Origin: a virus
Strand: one strand, 5' to 3'
Virus record (IMG/VR): IMGVR_UViG_3300027833_000021
Location: 1-64,000 of that record
DNA: 64,000 nt
Shown: positions 1 to 8,654 of the stretch, one piece after another
Layout of the letters: every line of letters starts with the position of its first letter
Position numbering within the stretch: position 1 is the first letter of the stretch
Notes under the pieces: model-generated
What the model was told of the DNA's origin: nothing
The model's input: only the letters and a program-made list of their open reading frames with translations
Database searches by the model: none
Made by a program: the position numbers and the translations under genes

Positions 1-2
1 AA

Positions 3-284
3 GTACAGACACAATTAGACCACAGAACTCAAAGAGGTCCTTCAGCAGGTACTAACTATAAGTTTTCAACATTGATTGAAATCTTAGATGGTAACTCAGG
101 TAATGCGACTGAAACTTGGGAACTAGAGGGCTGTTTTGTTACTAATGCAGACTATTCACAAACTGATTATGCGGTTTCAGACCCAGTTACAATCACATTG
201 ACACTACAGTATGATAATGCTATGTTGAATGATGATTTGATGCCTGAGATTCCATTCCAAAACAATTCATCTTCAGCAGGTTAA
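3..284 (+). CDS. Tail tube protein (T4 gp19-like), C-terminal part; gene begins before the window
   Basis: Frame open from position 3; ETWELEGCF...ITLTLQYDNA matches the gp19-type C-terminus. Confidence 0.75.
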   Translation, partial: VQTQLDHRTQRGPSAGTNYKFSTLIEILDGNSGNATETWELEGCFVTNADYSQTDYAVSDPVTITLTLQYDNAMLNDDLMPEIPFQNNSSSAG

Positions 285-299
285 TAGAGGCGCAAGCCA

Positions 300-1808
300 A
301 TGGCTGATGAAAGACAAAGTGCTAAGAACACTACAGGAAGAGTTTTAGCGGACAGTGCTAACGCAAAACATAGATTTGGTTTTGCGGGCGCTGGCAATCG
401 TACTCTTGGTGGTACAGCACCAAAACTTTCGGATTTATTCTTTTTAGAATTCACCACAGTTACTGAAGGTAGTTCACAGATACTACCAGACGTATCTGTG
501 TTGGCAAAATCGGTATCTCCAATTTCAATTCAAACATCTAGTATGCCCGTTGACCAATACGGTAAACGAATTTATATTCCAACACGTGTTGACTTTCCAG
601 AAGTAAGTCTTACGATGTATGATTCAATTGATGGTAAAGCATTTGATATAGCCAGTCAAATATATGGTAAGTTCTTTAAGAACCAATCAGCAGAAGTAAC
701 TGGCGCAACAGCAGAAGAAGTTATCACAAGCAACAATAGACATGGTAGAAAGTTACCAAGTAATGAACATGACTACTATCATCAGCATTTTGAAAAGGTA
801 ACAATATATCATTTCTTTGGTAACCTTGATTCTGCTAATGACTCTGGCATGGAACAATCAATTGCAGGAAATACTGGTCAAGGAACAATTCAAAAAATTG
901 AATTAATAAATCCTCTAGTTACTGGTATGGTGTTTTCGGGTAGTGACTATAGTGTTGCTGAATTGAGAACGTTAGACCTAACACTTCAGCCAGAAAATAT
1001 AATATTAGGAAAACCAGAAGAAGGCGTAACATTCCCAGATTGGATGACGCAAGGTATGAATTACATAATGGACACATTAGTTTATGAGCCTAGAACAGCA
1101 GTTTCTACCTATCCTACAGAACAAGAAGCAAGAGATAAATTTGCAGGAACTGAAGAAGAGATTGCTAGAAAAGAAGCAATCATAGATGAAGCAAATGATA
1201 AAGATACAAACTTTAAACTTAATGAGTTGATGCAATTATATAATGCTCAAATACAAAATCCTAATGAACAAGGTAACGAAGCATTAGAGATGGCTTTAAA
1301 ATCTCGTATTGGTACATTAGATGCCGCAAGAGCGAACAAGTTCAACAAAACGGGAAAAGATGATTTTAACGCTAGAGATGAATCTACTTATAAATCAGTA
1401 TATCTAAATCCTGATGTGCCAACATTTGGCGGTGTTGGAAGTAGTAATCCACCTAACACTCAGTTTGTTCCATATTCTCCTGATTTAGGCGATGCAATGG
1501 TACAAGAGTTGGTAAGTGCAACATTTGGAAATCGTAGTTTTAATTCAAATAATGTTTTTGACCTAAAAAATCAAATGAGAGGCCTTGCAAATGAAGTTCA
1601 GTCAGCAATGACAAGTAACTTATCAAGTAACTACTTGACAGTAGATGGACAAAGAGTTTTAGATGCGGCAATTAATGCTAATAATGGTGCTTTTGCAACT
1701 ACAACTCAAGCAATAGTTCCTGAAAAAAATACAGATAGAAAAGTTATTAACACAGGAAATCACACAGGTGTTAGTAAACGAATCGTAAATAGAAAACTAT
1801 TTGATTAA
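300..1808 (+). CDS. Tail-tube-like baseplate/tube initiator protein (gp48/gp54-like N-terminal domain)
   Basis: KSVSP...VDQYGKRIYIPTRVDFPEVSLTMYD and IELINPLVT...DYS are gp19-fold motifs; follows the tube gene. Confidence 0.55.
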   Translation: MADERQSAKNTTGRVLADSANAKHRFGFAGAGNRTLGGTAPKLSDLFFLEFTTVTEGSSQILPDVSVLAKSVSPISIQTSSMPVDQYGKRIYIPTRVDFPEVSLTMYDSIDGKAFDIASQIYGKFFKNQSAEVTGATAEEVITSNNRHGRKLPSNEHDYYHQHFEKVTIYHFFGNLDSANDSGMEQSIAGNTGQGTIQKIELINPLVTGMVFSGSDYSVAELRTLDLTLQPENIILGKPEEGVTFPDWMTQGMNYIMDTLVYEPRTAVSTYPTEQEARDKFAGTEEEIARKEAIIDEANDKDTNFKLNELMQLYNAQIQNPNEQGNEALEMALKSRIGTLDAARANKFNKTGKDDFNARDESTYKSVYLNPDVPTFGGVGSSNPPNTQFVPYSPDLGDAMVQELVSATFGNRSFNSNNVFDLKNQMRGLANEVQSAMTSNLSSNYLTVDGQRVLDAAINANNGAFATTTQAIVPEKNTDRKVINTGNHTGVSKRIVNRKLFD

Positions 1809-1820
1809 TAAGAGATAAAC

Positions 1821-2084
1821 ATGAAATTAGATATATTAACAGCAAAATTATTAAAGAAAGGCTTTGCACAAGAAAAGGCAGAAGCATATGCTGTGGAAAT
1901 TACAAAAATAGCAAGAATGTACGGTGTAAATTCATATGATTTCATAGATGAACTCTCAGAAGAATCTGATTTCACTGATTTAGGTGCAGTCATCTTTAAT
2001 AATGCTTTGCGATTTGGTTACAAGACGGGCAAACTTGCTCCTCGTTCTCCAAACACTTATGTCGCAAGGGCAATTATTAAATAA
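1821..2084 (+). CDS. Hypothetical protein
   Basis: 87-aa ORF in operon, stop overlaps next start. Confidence 0.7.
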   Translation: MKLDILTAKLLKKGFAQEKAEAYAVEITKIARMYGVNSYDFIDELSEESDFTDLGAVIFNNALRFGYKTGKLAPRSPNTYVARAIIK

Positions 2085-2557
2085 TGGCAAAATTTCACAA
2101 AGGCAAATACACAGTAATAAACGAAGAAAAATACTCAGGAAATGGTTCACCCGTTTTTAGAAGTAGTTGGGAACAAACGTTTATGCAATTCTGTGACAAT
2201 AATCCAAATGTTATGGCATGGGCAAGTGAACCTGTCAGAATAACATACAAACATCCTTTAACTGGCAAACTAACATCATATGTTCCTGACTTTGTAGTTG
2301 TATACAGAGATTCGAACGGTAAAAAGAACGCAGAGTTAATTGAAATCAAACCTGCTAATCAATCTAATCCTAAATTTGCACGTGGTAGGGCACAACAGGC
2401 ACAAGTAGCAATAAATTATGCTAAGTGGGATGCCGCCACACATTGGGCAAAAAAACGAGGCATGAAGTTTAGAGTTCTTAATGAGGGTGATATCTACTCT
2501 AATACTAAGAAACCTAAAGCAGTCAAAAAACCTAAGAAACCAATTAAACCAAGATAA
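2084..2557 (+). CDS. Head completion nuclease (T4 gp4-like, TnsA-N/PD-(D/E)XK fold)
   Basis: FRSSWE..FM.FCD.NP.V..WASE, YVPDF, LIEIKP, N.AKW.AA motifs. Confidence 0.85.
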   Translation: MAKFHKGKYTVINEEKYSGNGSPVFRSSWEQTFMQFCDNNPNVMAWASEPVRITYKHPLTGKLTSYVPDFVVVYRDSNGKKNAELIEIKPANQSNPKFARGRAQQAQVAINYAKWDAATHWAKKRGMKFRVLNEGDIYSNTKKPKAVKKPKKPIKPR

Positions 2558-2559
2558 CA

Positions 2560-2649
2560 CACCTTAGGACCGATATAAGTTACTTATATCTAAGGTGAGG
2601 ATGCCGTTATCCATTAGTTGTATCGCTACTACGACTACAAAAAACGGCA
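2560..2649 (+). ncRNA. Putative structured RNA element (bulged hairpin plus H-type pseudoknot)
   Basis: CACCTTA/TAAGGTG and GATATAAG/CTTATATC stems; GGAT/ATCC stem whose loop GCCGTT is complementary to AACGGC at 2643-2648; internal hairpin TAGTTGTA/TACGACTA. Confidence 0.5.
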
Positions 2650-2660
2650 ACTTTATTTTT

Positions 2661-2668
2661 GATAAATA
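2661..2668 (+). promoter_or_regulatory. T4-late-like promoter GATAAATA
   Basis: Recurrent intergenic octamer resembling T4 TATAAATA, upstream of terminase small subunit. Confidence 0.65.
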
Positions 2669-2696
2669 CGAATATAACTAATTAAGAGTGTACATT

Positions 2697-3215
2697 ATGA
2701 CAAAGAAATTAGAAGAAACATTCAATATAAGTCCAGCAGAAGAAGAACCTGTCGAACAATTAGAAGAAGAAACACCTACGATTGAAGAATCTACAGAATT
2801 AACTAATATTCTCTATTCAGAGTTAAAAACTACTGAAAAGATTGACAGTGCGTTACCACTTGTACAAGACCTTAATCAACATGATAAAGAGATGGATGAT
2901 ATTCATCAAAAGGCATTAGATGCATTTAATGATTTAGTTCAATTAGGAATGAATGTAGAAGTACATGCTGGTGCTAAGTTACTAGAAACAGCAAATCAGA
3001 TGTTAAAAACGGCAATGGAAGCAAAAGATAGTAAAGTTGATAGAAAACTAAAGATGATTAATCTTCAATTACAAAAAGCCAAGTTAGACCATAGCGTTAA
3101 GAAGTCATTACCAGAGGGTTCAGAACTAGAAAGTGACGGAGCAATCACAATTGACCGAAATGAACTGTTAAAACGTATTGACAATGCCCAAAAAGACATT
3201 AAAAATGATAAATAA
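2697..3215 (+). CDS. Probable terminase small subunit (gp16-like)
   Basis: Helical; AKLLETANQMLKT and C-terminal IDRNELLK resemble gp16-family segments; near terL; ATG at 2697 preferred. Confidence 0.5.
   Translation: MTKKLEETFNISPAEEEPVEQLEEETPTIEESTELTNILYSELKTTEKIDSALPLVQDLNQHDKEMDDIHQKALDAFNDLVQLGMNVEVHAGAKLLETANQMLKTAMEAKDSKVDRKLKMINLQLQKAKLDHSVKKSLPEGSELESDGAITIDRNELLKRIDNAQKDIKNDK
3207..3214 (+). promoter_or_regulatory. T4-late-like promoter GATAAATA
   Basis: Octamer overlapping upstream stop. Confidence 0.6.
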
Positions 3216-3256
3216 GAATAGAACAATTATACTTTAAAACATATTTGGAAAGCGTT

Positions 3257-3826
3257 ATGAAAACATTTAAACAATATTTAACAGAGTCCACTAAGGAACA
3301 CAAATTTACATTAAGATTCTGTTGCGAACTAGATGAGATGGGTGCAAATCGTATTGAGACATTCTTGTCAAAATATGACCTTAAGTCGATGTCAAAAACA
3401 TCTACTACACCAATTACTAAGAATCCAATGTTTTTCAAAGACGTAGAGAACTCAAAAGTTTCAAAAGTCGATATCGCAACAGGATATCCATTATCAGCAG
3501 ATATTCTAAGACAACAACTAAGTGATTTACTTGGTATGCATCTTACACACGTTGCTGTTCATCCTGAAGGATGGGAACCAGAAGAAGAGGTTGTTGACGA
3601 AGATAAAGAGGCATTATTGGCATCAGATTATGATGAAACATCAGACGATGGCAAAACATATGGTAAAACTTTTGTAGATAAGTTTTTAAATGATTTAGAG
3701 AAAAAAGAACATGATGTTGTAGAGAACGAATTGAGCGTAACGCCAAAATCTGACCCTGCACCAGAACAAATGTCAAAAGATGAGAAATCTACTCCATCTG
3801 TCATAACAGGAGACGAAAATGACTAA
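3257..3826 (+). CDS. Putative internal head protein with capsid-targeting-like leader
   Basis: N-terminus MKTFKQYLTE resembles the T4 internal-protein targeting sequence (MKTYQEFIAE type); acidic C-half. Confidence 0.55.
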   Translation: MKTFKQYLTESTKEHKFTLRFCCELDEMGANRIETFLSKYDLKSMSKTSTTPITKNPMFFKDVENSKVSKVDIATGYPLSADILRQQLSDLLGMHLTHVAVHPEGWEPEEEVVDEDKEALLASDYDETSDDGKTYGKTFVDKFLNDLEKKEHDVVENELSVTPKSDPAPEQMSKDEKSTPSVITGDEND

Positions 3827-4847
3827 GAAATATACCTTAACAACATCAGAAGAAACTGTTACAGAAAATCCAGAAGATATCATCAGATTAATGAAACTAG
3901 CAGGTCTTTCTAATGCACAAGCAGTTGCTGAAGAAGAAGTAAACGAAGATGTTTATGAGCCTACTGAAGCAAATGATGAATTGGACTTAGATGATTATTC
4001 TAAGAAATCTCCAGAAAGCATTTCTAAACAGAAGAAATCAATTCAACCATCACATGGCGACAACCCATTAGAGTATTCATTAGACGAAAACGAAATCTAT
4101 GAAGCGATGATGAAAGAATTCAACGAAATCGAAGAAGGTAAACTTCCACCTGGATTACAAGCATATCAGGATAAGAAAAATGGCAAAAAAGATGAAGCAG
4201 TTGAAGAAACAGTTGAAGAAACAGATGAGTCAATTGAAGAATCAAAGCCAGACTTTTTAGATTTAGATAAAGATGGCGACAAAGAAGAGTCAATGAAAAA
4301 AGCGGCTAAAGATAAAAAAGAAAAAGCCGATGAGTCATTAGACGAAGCAACAGAAGGTTGTGCTGATTGTGAGTACATGAAAGATGAAACTGATGGTGAA
4401 ATCGATACTTGTGATGAGTGTGCCGCTGAAGAACGTGAGAACGCAAACGAAGAAACAGTAACTGAAGATGCATCTGTATGGTCAGATTTCAAAAAAGCAC
4501 ATGCAGTAATGGATGATGATTCTGAAGATAGAATGTTCTTTAGTTTAAAAAATTGGTCAGGACATCGTTTTGAAATTCAAAGTGATATAGAAGGCGAAAA
4601 CGGAACAGTAGTTCTAGGTATGCATATAGCAAACCAAGATGGCGAGACTGAATTTCTTCAAAATAGAAAGTTTGCATTAAGCGATATTGAAGCAAATATC
4701 ACTGGTGCTGGTTGGTATGCAGATGGTGGAACTGTACTTAAGACAACTATTGGTGACTTCACAGGAATGGATATGGAAGAAGAAGAGGTTACTGAGCCAA
4801 ATGAATCTTCAGATATGGACAGACTTAGAAAATTGTCAGGTATGTAA
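3819..4847 (+). CDS. Acidic prohead core/scaffold-like protein
   Basis: Very Glu-rich; many [LIV]-x-E sites; RLMKLAGL and RLRKLSGM motifs. Confidence 0.5.
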   Translation: MTKKYTLTTSEETVTENPEDIIRLMKLAGLSNAQAVAEEEVNEDVYEPTEANDELDLDDYSKKSPESISKQKKSIQPSHGDNPLEYSLDENEIYEAMMKEFNEIEEGKLPPGLQAYQDKKNGKKDEAVEETVEETDESIEESKPDFLDLDKDGDKEESMKKAAKDKKEKADESLDEATEGCADCEYMKDETDGEIDTCDECAAEERENANEETVTEDASVWSDFKKAHAVMDDDSEDRMFFSLKNWSGHRFEIQSDIEGENGTVVLGMHIANQDGETEFLQNRKFALSDIEANITGAGWYADGGTVLKTTIGDFTGMDMEEEEVTEPNESSDMDRLRKLSGM

Positions 4848-4871
4848 TAACATATAAAAATTTAAATAAAG

Positions 4872-4897
4872 AAAGTCTCCTTAGTGAGACTTTTTTT
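4872..4897 (+). terminator. Rho-independent terminator
   Basis: AAAGTCTC/GAGACTTT stem followed by T run. Confidence 0.8.
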
Positions 4898-4910
4898 ATG
4901 GGCGCCCAAT

Positions 4911-4937
4911 AAAAAACCCGACATAAAGCCGGGTTTT
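4911..4937 (-). terminator. Rho-independent terminator for the minus-strand gene
   Basis: AACCCG/CGGGTT stem with A6 on + strand (U tract on - strand). Confidence 0.7.
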
Positions 4938-4957
4938 CTAATATATGTTAGAGCCGA

Positions 4958-5251
4958 TTAGTAACCGTAAGTTTCGTCATTGTTTCTGATAACAGAAGAC
5001 GCCGCATCTGTAATAGCACCAAAGTCCTGTGTGTCAACTTTAACACCAGTAATTGCTCCTAATTCAGTATAGCCACGTGTTCTACCAGTTGAACCTAACG
5101 CCGCAGAACTATGTCCTGCGCCTCTAGTTGGTAAATCATCACCGCTTGATGTAATCGCACCAAAGTCGCCCATCTCTCTTAAATCGATAGTACGTCTAAC
5201 TTTAATACGAGCCATTCCAGCGACTGCTCTTAAACCTCTATATCTTGCCAT
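4958..5251 (-). CDS. Small virion-associated protein with three [DE]-[FL]-G-A-I-T repeats
   Basis: ATG at 5251 with GGGAGA RBS; own late box at 5307-5314 and terminator. Confidence 0.75.
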   Translation of the reverse strand: MARYRGLRAVAGMARIKVRRTIDLREMGDFGAITSSGDDLPTRGAGHSSAALGSTGRTRGYTELGAITGVKVDTQDFGAITDAASSVIRNNDETYGY

Positions 5252-5306
5252 TTTTATTTCTCCCATGTAATGATGTCGAAGGTGGGAATCCCCCAATCAT
5301 CAATAG

Positions 5307-5353
5307 TATTTATCACATATGCCATTTTATTAAGTTCTAACGAATGATAAATA
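5307..5353. promoter_or_regulatory. Divergent pair of late promoters (GATAAATA on - at 5307-5314, on + at 5346-5353)
   Basis: Back-to-back octamers between divergent genes. Confidence 0.7.
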
Positions 5354-5377
5354 CTATTATAATTAAGTGAGTATATA

Positions 5378-6937
5378 ATGGCAGATTTAACTAAAAAACC
5401 ATACGCAAAAACACAATTTAGTAATGCACAACTATTAGAATTCAGTAAGTGCATGAATGACCCATTCTATTTTTTGAATCATTACTTTATGATTCAGCAT
5501 CCTACAGAAGGTCAAATGTTGTATAAAGCATATGATTATCAAACCGAGTTGACAAATTCATATCACAATTATAGATTTTCTATATCTATGTTGGGCAGAC
5601 AGATGGGTAAGTCAACAACTGCTGGTGGATATCTATTGTGGTATGCAATGTTCAATCCAGACCAAACAATTCTAATTGCGGCACACAAATATTCTGGTGC
5701 CCAAGAAATTATGCACAGAATTAGATATGCATATGAGATGTGTCCAGATTTTATTCGTGCAGGTGTAACAAACTATAACAAAGGTAGTATTGAATTTGAT
5801 AATGGTTCCCGTATCATTGCTCAAGCAACAACAGAAAATACTGGTCGTGGTCTTTCAATCTCATTGCTATACGCAGATGAGTTTGCATTTGTGCGACCAT
5901 CAATTGCGAAAGAATTTTGGACTTCTATATCTCCAACACTAGCAACAGGTGGTAAAGCGATTATCACATCAACACCAAACAATGATGATGACCAGTTTGC
6001 TATGATTTGGTCAGGCGCTAACAAGAGATTAGATGACTACGGAAATGAAACAGAAGTTGGTATTAATGGCTTTAAACCATACAAAGCATTATGGCATCAG
6101 CATCCAGACAGAGATAAACAATGGTCAGTTGAAGAAGAAGCACGTGTTGGTAAAGAACGTTTCTTAAGAGAACATGAATGTCAGTTTATTGCTTATGATG
6201 AAACACTAGTAGATAGTCTGAAGTTAGCAGGAATTAAAGGCAGAGAGCCAATCCTGAGAACAGGACAGATTAGATGGTATGAGAATATAAACAAAGATGC
6301 CACATATGTTATAGGTTTAGACCCATCAATGGGAACAGGTGGTGATAATGCCGCTATTCAAGTATGGGCATTGCCAGAATTAGTACAAGTTGCAGAATGG
6401 CAGAATAATAGAACAGATGTGAGAGGGCAAGTACAAACGATGCACACCGTTCTTACTATCATTAAAGATGAGATGAGAGAACTAGGAAATACTAGTCCTG
6501 ATATTTATTGGTCAGTAGAGAACAACTCATTAGGTGAAGCCGCTCTTATCGTTATTGAAGAAATGGAAGAAGACAGATTTCCCGGTACATTCTTACATGA
6601 ACCTAAGAAGAAAGGTAGACAACGAGTTTCCAGAAAAGGTTTCACCACAACTTATAAAACAAAAATTACGGCTTGTATGAAGATGAAATCTTGGCTTGAA
6701 AGTGATAAGATGGTGCCAACAAGTAAAAACTTCATAAGAGAGTTGAAAACATTCATAGCAAAGGGTAAAAGTTATGAAGCAAAAACTGGTGAAACAGACG
6801 ATTTAGTTTCAGCAACCCTTTTATGTGTTCGTCAAATACAATTCATCTCAAGGTTTGAAGAGGGCTATGAAGAGATGCTTGGTGAGAGTTTAGATGGTGA
6901 AGCAGAATATAACGAACCACTTCCTATCATATTTTGA
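5378..6937 (+). CDS. terL: Terminase large subunit (T4 gp17-like)
   Basis: Walker A GRQMGKST, Walker B LLYADEFAF, ITSTP, nuclease GLDPS and DDLV motifs. Confidence 0.95.
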   Translation: MADLTKKPYAKTQFSNAQLLEFSKCMNDPFYFLNHYFMIQHPTEGQMLYKAYDYQTELTNSYHNYRFSISMLGRQMGKSTTAGGYLLWYAMFNPDQTILIAAHKYSGAQEIMHRIRYAYEMCPDFIRAGVTNYNKGSIEFDNGSRIIAQATTENTGRGLSISLLYADEFAFVRPSIAKEFWTSISPTLATGGKAIITSTPNNDDDQFAMIWSGANKRLDDYGNETEVGINGFKPYKALWHQHPDRDKQWSVEEEARVGKERFLREHECQFIAYDETLVDSLKLAGIKGREPILRTGQIRWYENINKDATYVIGLDPSMGTGGDNAAIQVWALPELVQVAEWQNNRTDVRGQVQTMHTVLTIIKDEMRELGNTSPDIYWSVENNSLGEAALIVIEEMEEDRFPGTFLHEPKKKGRQRVSRKGFTTTYKTKITACMKMKSWLESDKMVPTSKNFIRELKTFIAKGKSYEAKTGETDDLVSATLLCVRQIQFISRFEEGYEEMLGESLDGEAEYNEPLPIIF

Positions 6938-6943
6938 TAAATA
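6936..6943 (+). promoter_or_regulatory. T4-late-like promoter GATAAATA
   Basis: Octamer at end of terL. Confidence 0.6.
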
Positions 6944-6969
6944 CATAAAACAAGTTCGGAAATATAATT

Positions 6970-8427
6970 ATGGCAATAAATTTAAATGACATATCAACAA
7001 AAGTGATGAAACTGATGCAAGGCAGTGGACACGCAATGAAAATGTTCGATGCTAATAGTGGCAAGAGCGTTGCGACACCTGAAGAGGCACGTTTCTTTTA
7101 TGTTAAAGAACCAAATATGATGGTTCATATCGATGGAAACACTAAGGAACTAAAGTTTCATATTGGCGAAGATATTGACATAGATAACGAACAAATACAT
7201 AATATGATGAACCAATTGAAATCTTTAGCAAGAACTAACATGCTAGACTTTGATATTCGTTCATTTGGAAAACATATAGAACCTAAGAATTATGCATATA
7301 AGGTTAAACAAAATAAGGAGAATACCATGAATGACCACGTCAATGAAGGCATGGGCCCGTTGTCTGGGTCGTCACGTACTAGCCGTCAAACATTAGAAAA
7401 TGTAAAACTAATATTAAAACATAGAGCGCCAGTAAACGAAGAATCTCGTGGCTCTCGTTCTCGTAATATCTCAGCAATCTTTGTTGAGACAGGTGAAGGC
7501 GAACGTTTTAAATATCCATTTATTCACTTAAATGGTGCAAGAGCAATGGCAAGACACGTTGCATCTGGTGGCGAAACACATGATATGGTAGGCGAAGCAA
7601 TCATTGAGATGTCTGATAACTTATCAAGGCTAAAAGAATTTATGAATGTTGTAAACAAGCAAGGTCTTGTAAATGAAACCAACCGTGCTGATGTTTGGAA
7701 TGTGAAACGTAGTGTTATGGCTATCAAAGAAAAGATACAAAGAATTCAAGGACCAAAAGGTTATGCGAATTTTGTTGAAGACATGGCTCTTAACGGAACA
7801 AGAATACAAGAAGAAATGTCAGAAGAAATGGTAGATGCATATGTACAAAAGTTTACAAAATCTACATTCGAAGAAAACTTAAAAGATATTTTTCCATTAC
7901 TACATAAAGTAAATGAAGAAGAAATGGAAAATCGTAGAGATAATCAAACTAATAGAGTTATAGAAATTATGACTGCAAAAGTCAAAAAGACTGGCGAAAA
8001 AATAAACACAATTACTTTTGGTGCGCCAAGTTCTGACAATTATGACTACTCAAAAATCAAAAATCAATTTGCTGAACCACGCAATCCAGAAGAAGCGGCT
8101 CAGATTAAGATTAATAAGATTGCGATGACATTTGATGACCTTGCTGACAGAGTTCAAGTAGATACGTTGTTAGACAAGAAAGGCAAAAAGAAAGGTCACG
8201 ATTTAGCGGCAGAGATTTCTTTTTTCTTAACTGATATTGCTAACGAAATTCGTTCAAACCCAAGAGGTATGGACAAAAAAGACATGCAAGTAGCAGGCGC
8301 ATTAATGAAGATGTCAAAAACTTCAGTAGAAACTGTAGAGCCAAAATCAGCAGATACACAAATATCTGAAATGCTTGAAGAAGCATTCTCAAAATTCGAC
8401 CCAGACAGAGTGCTTAAAGAAAGTTAA
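6970..8427 (+). CDS. Hypothetical (probable virion/head) protein; possible internal in-frame start at 7327
   Basis: 485-aa ORF under late box; internal AAGGAG-N6-ATG. Confidence 0.7.
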   Translation: MAINLNDISTKVMKLMQGSGHAMKMFDANSGKSVATPEEARFFYVKEPNMMVHIDGNTKELKFHIGEDIDIDNEQIHNMMNQLKSLARTNMLDFDIRSFGKHIEPKNYAYKVKQNKENTMNDHVNEGMGPLSGSSRTSRQTLENVKLILKHRAPVNEESRGSRSRNISAIFVETGEGERFKYPFIHLNGARAMARHVASGGETHDMVGEAIIEMSDNLSRLKEFMNVVNKQGLVNETNRADVWNVKRSVMAIKEKIQRIQGPKGYANFVEDMALNGTRIQEEMSEEMVDAYVQKFTKSTFEENLKDIFPLLHKVNEEEMENRRDNQTNRVIEIMTAKVKKTGEKINTITFGAPSSDNYDYSKIKNQFAEPRNPEEAAQIKINKIAMTFDDLADRVQVDTLLDKKGKKKGHDLAAEISFFLTDIANEIRSNPRGMDKKDMQVAGALMKMSKTSVETVEPKSADTQISEMLEEAFSKFDPDRVLKES

Positions 8428-8435
8428 TTTTCTGC

Positions 8436-8465
8436 TTGACATTCATAGTCTATCTATGCTATAAT
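8436..8465 (+). promoter_or_regulatory. sigma70-type promoter
   Basis: TTGACA-N18-TATAAT with extended -10 TG. Confidence 0.65.
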
Positions 8466-8467
8466 CA

Positions 8468-8494
8468 AAGAGAGTGTTAAAACTCTCTTTTTTT
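8468..8494 (+). terminator. Rho-independent terminator
   Basis: AAAGAGAGT/ACTCTCTTT stem plus T run. Confidence 0.7.
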
Positions 8495-8532
8495 ATGCTT
8501 CCAAAAAACATTCAAAAAGACTGATTTAATGC

Positions 8533-8561
8533 TTGACTTTGGTAAAAAAGATAAGTATAAT
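8533..8561 (+). promoter_or_regulatory. sigma70-type promoter for the SSB gene
   Basis: TTGACT-N17-TATAAT. Confidence 0.7.
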
Positions 8562-8654
8562 AGTATCATTAGTAGAAATATGTATGGTACATAAAAACTA
8601 ATATAAAACTAATAGTAATAAAACAACTAATAAAGGCTAATATAGGAGAAAATA

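Noticed and set aside
2555-2580. Stop-codon readthrough stimulated by the downstream RNA structure
   Set aside because: Another in-frame TAA follows six codons later, so there is no meaningful extension.
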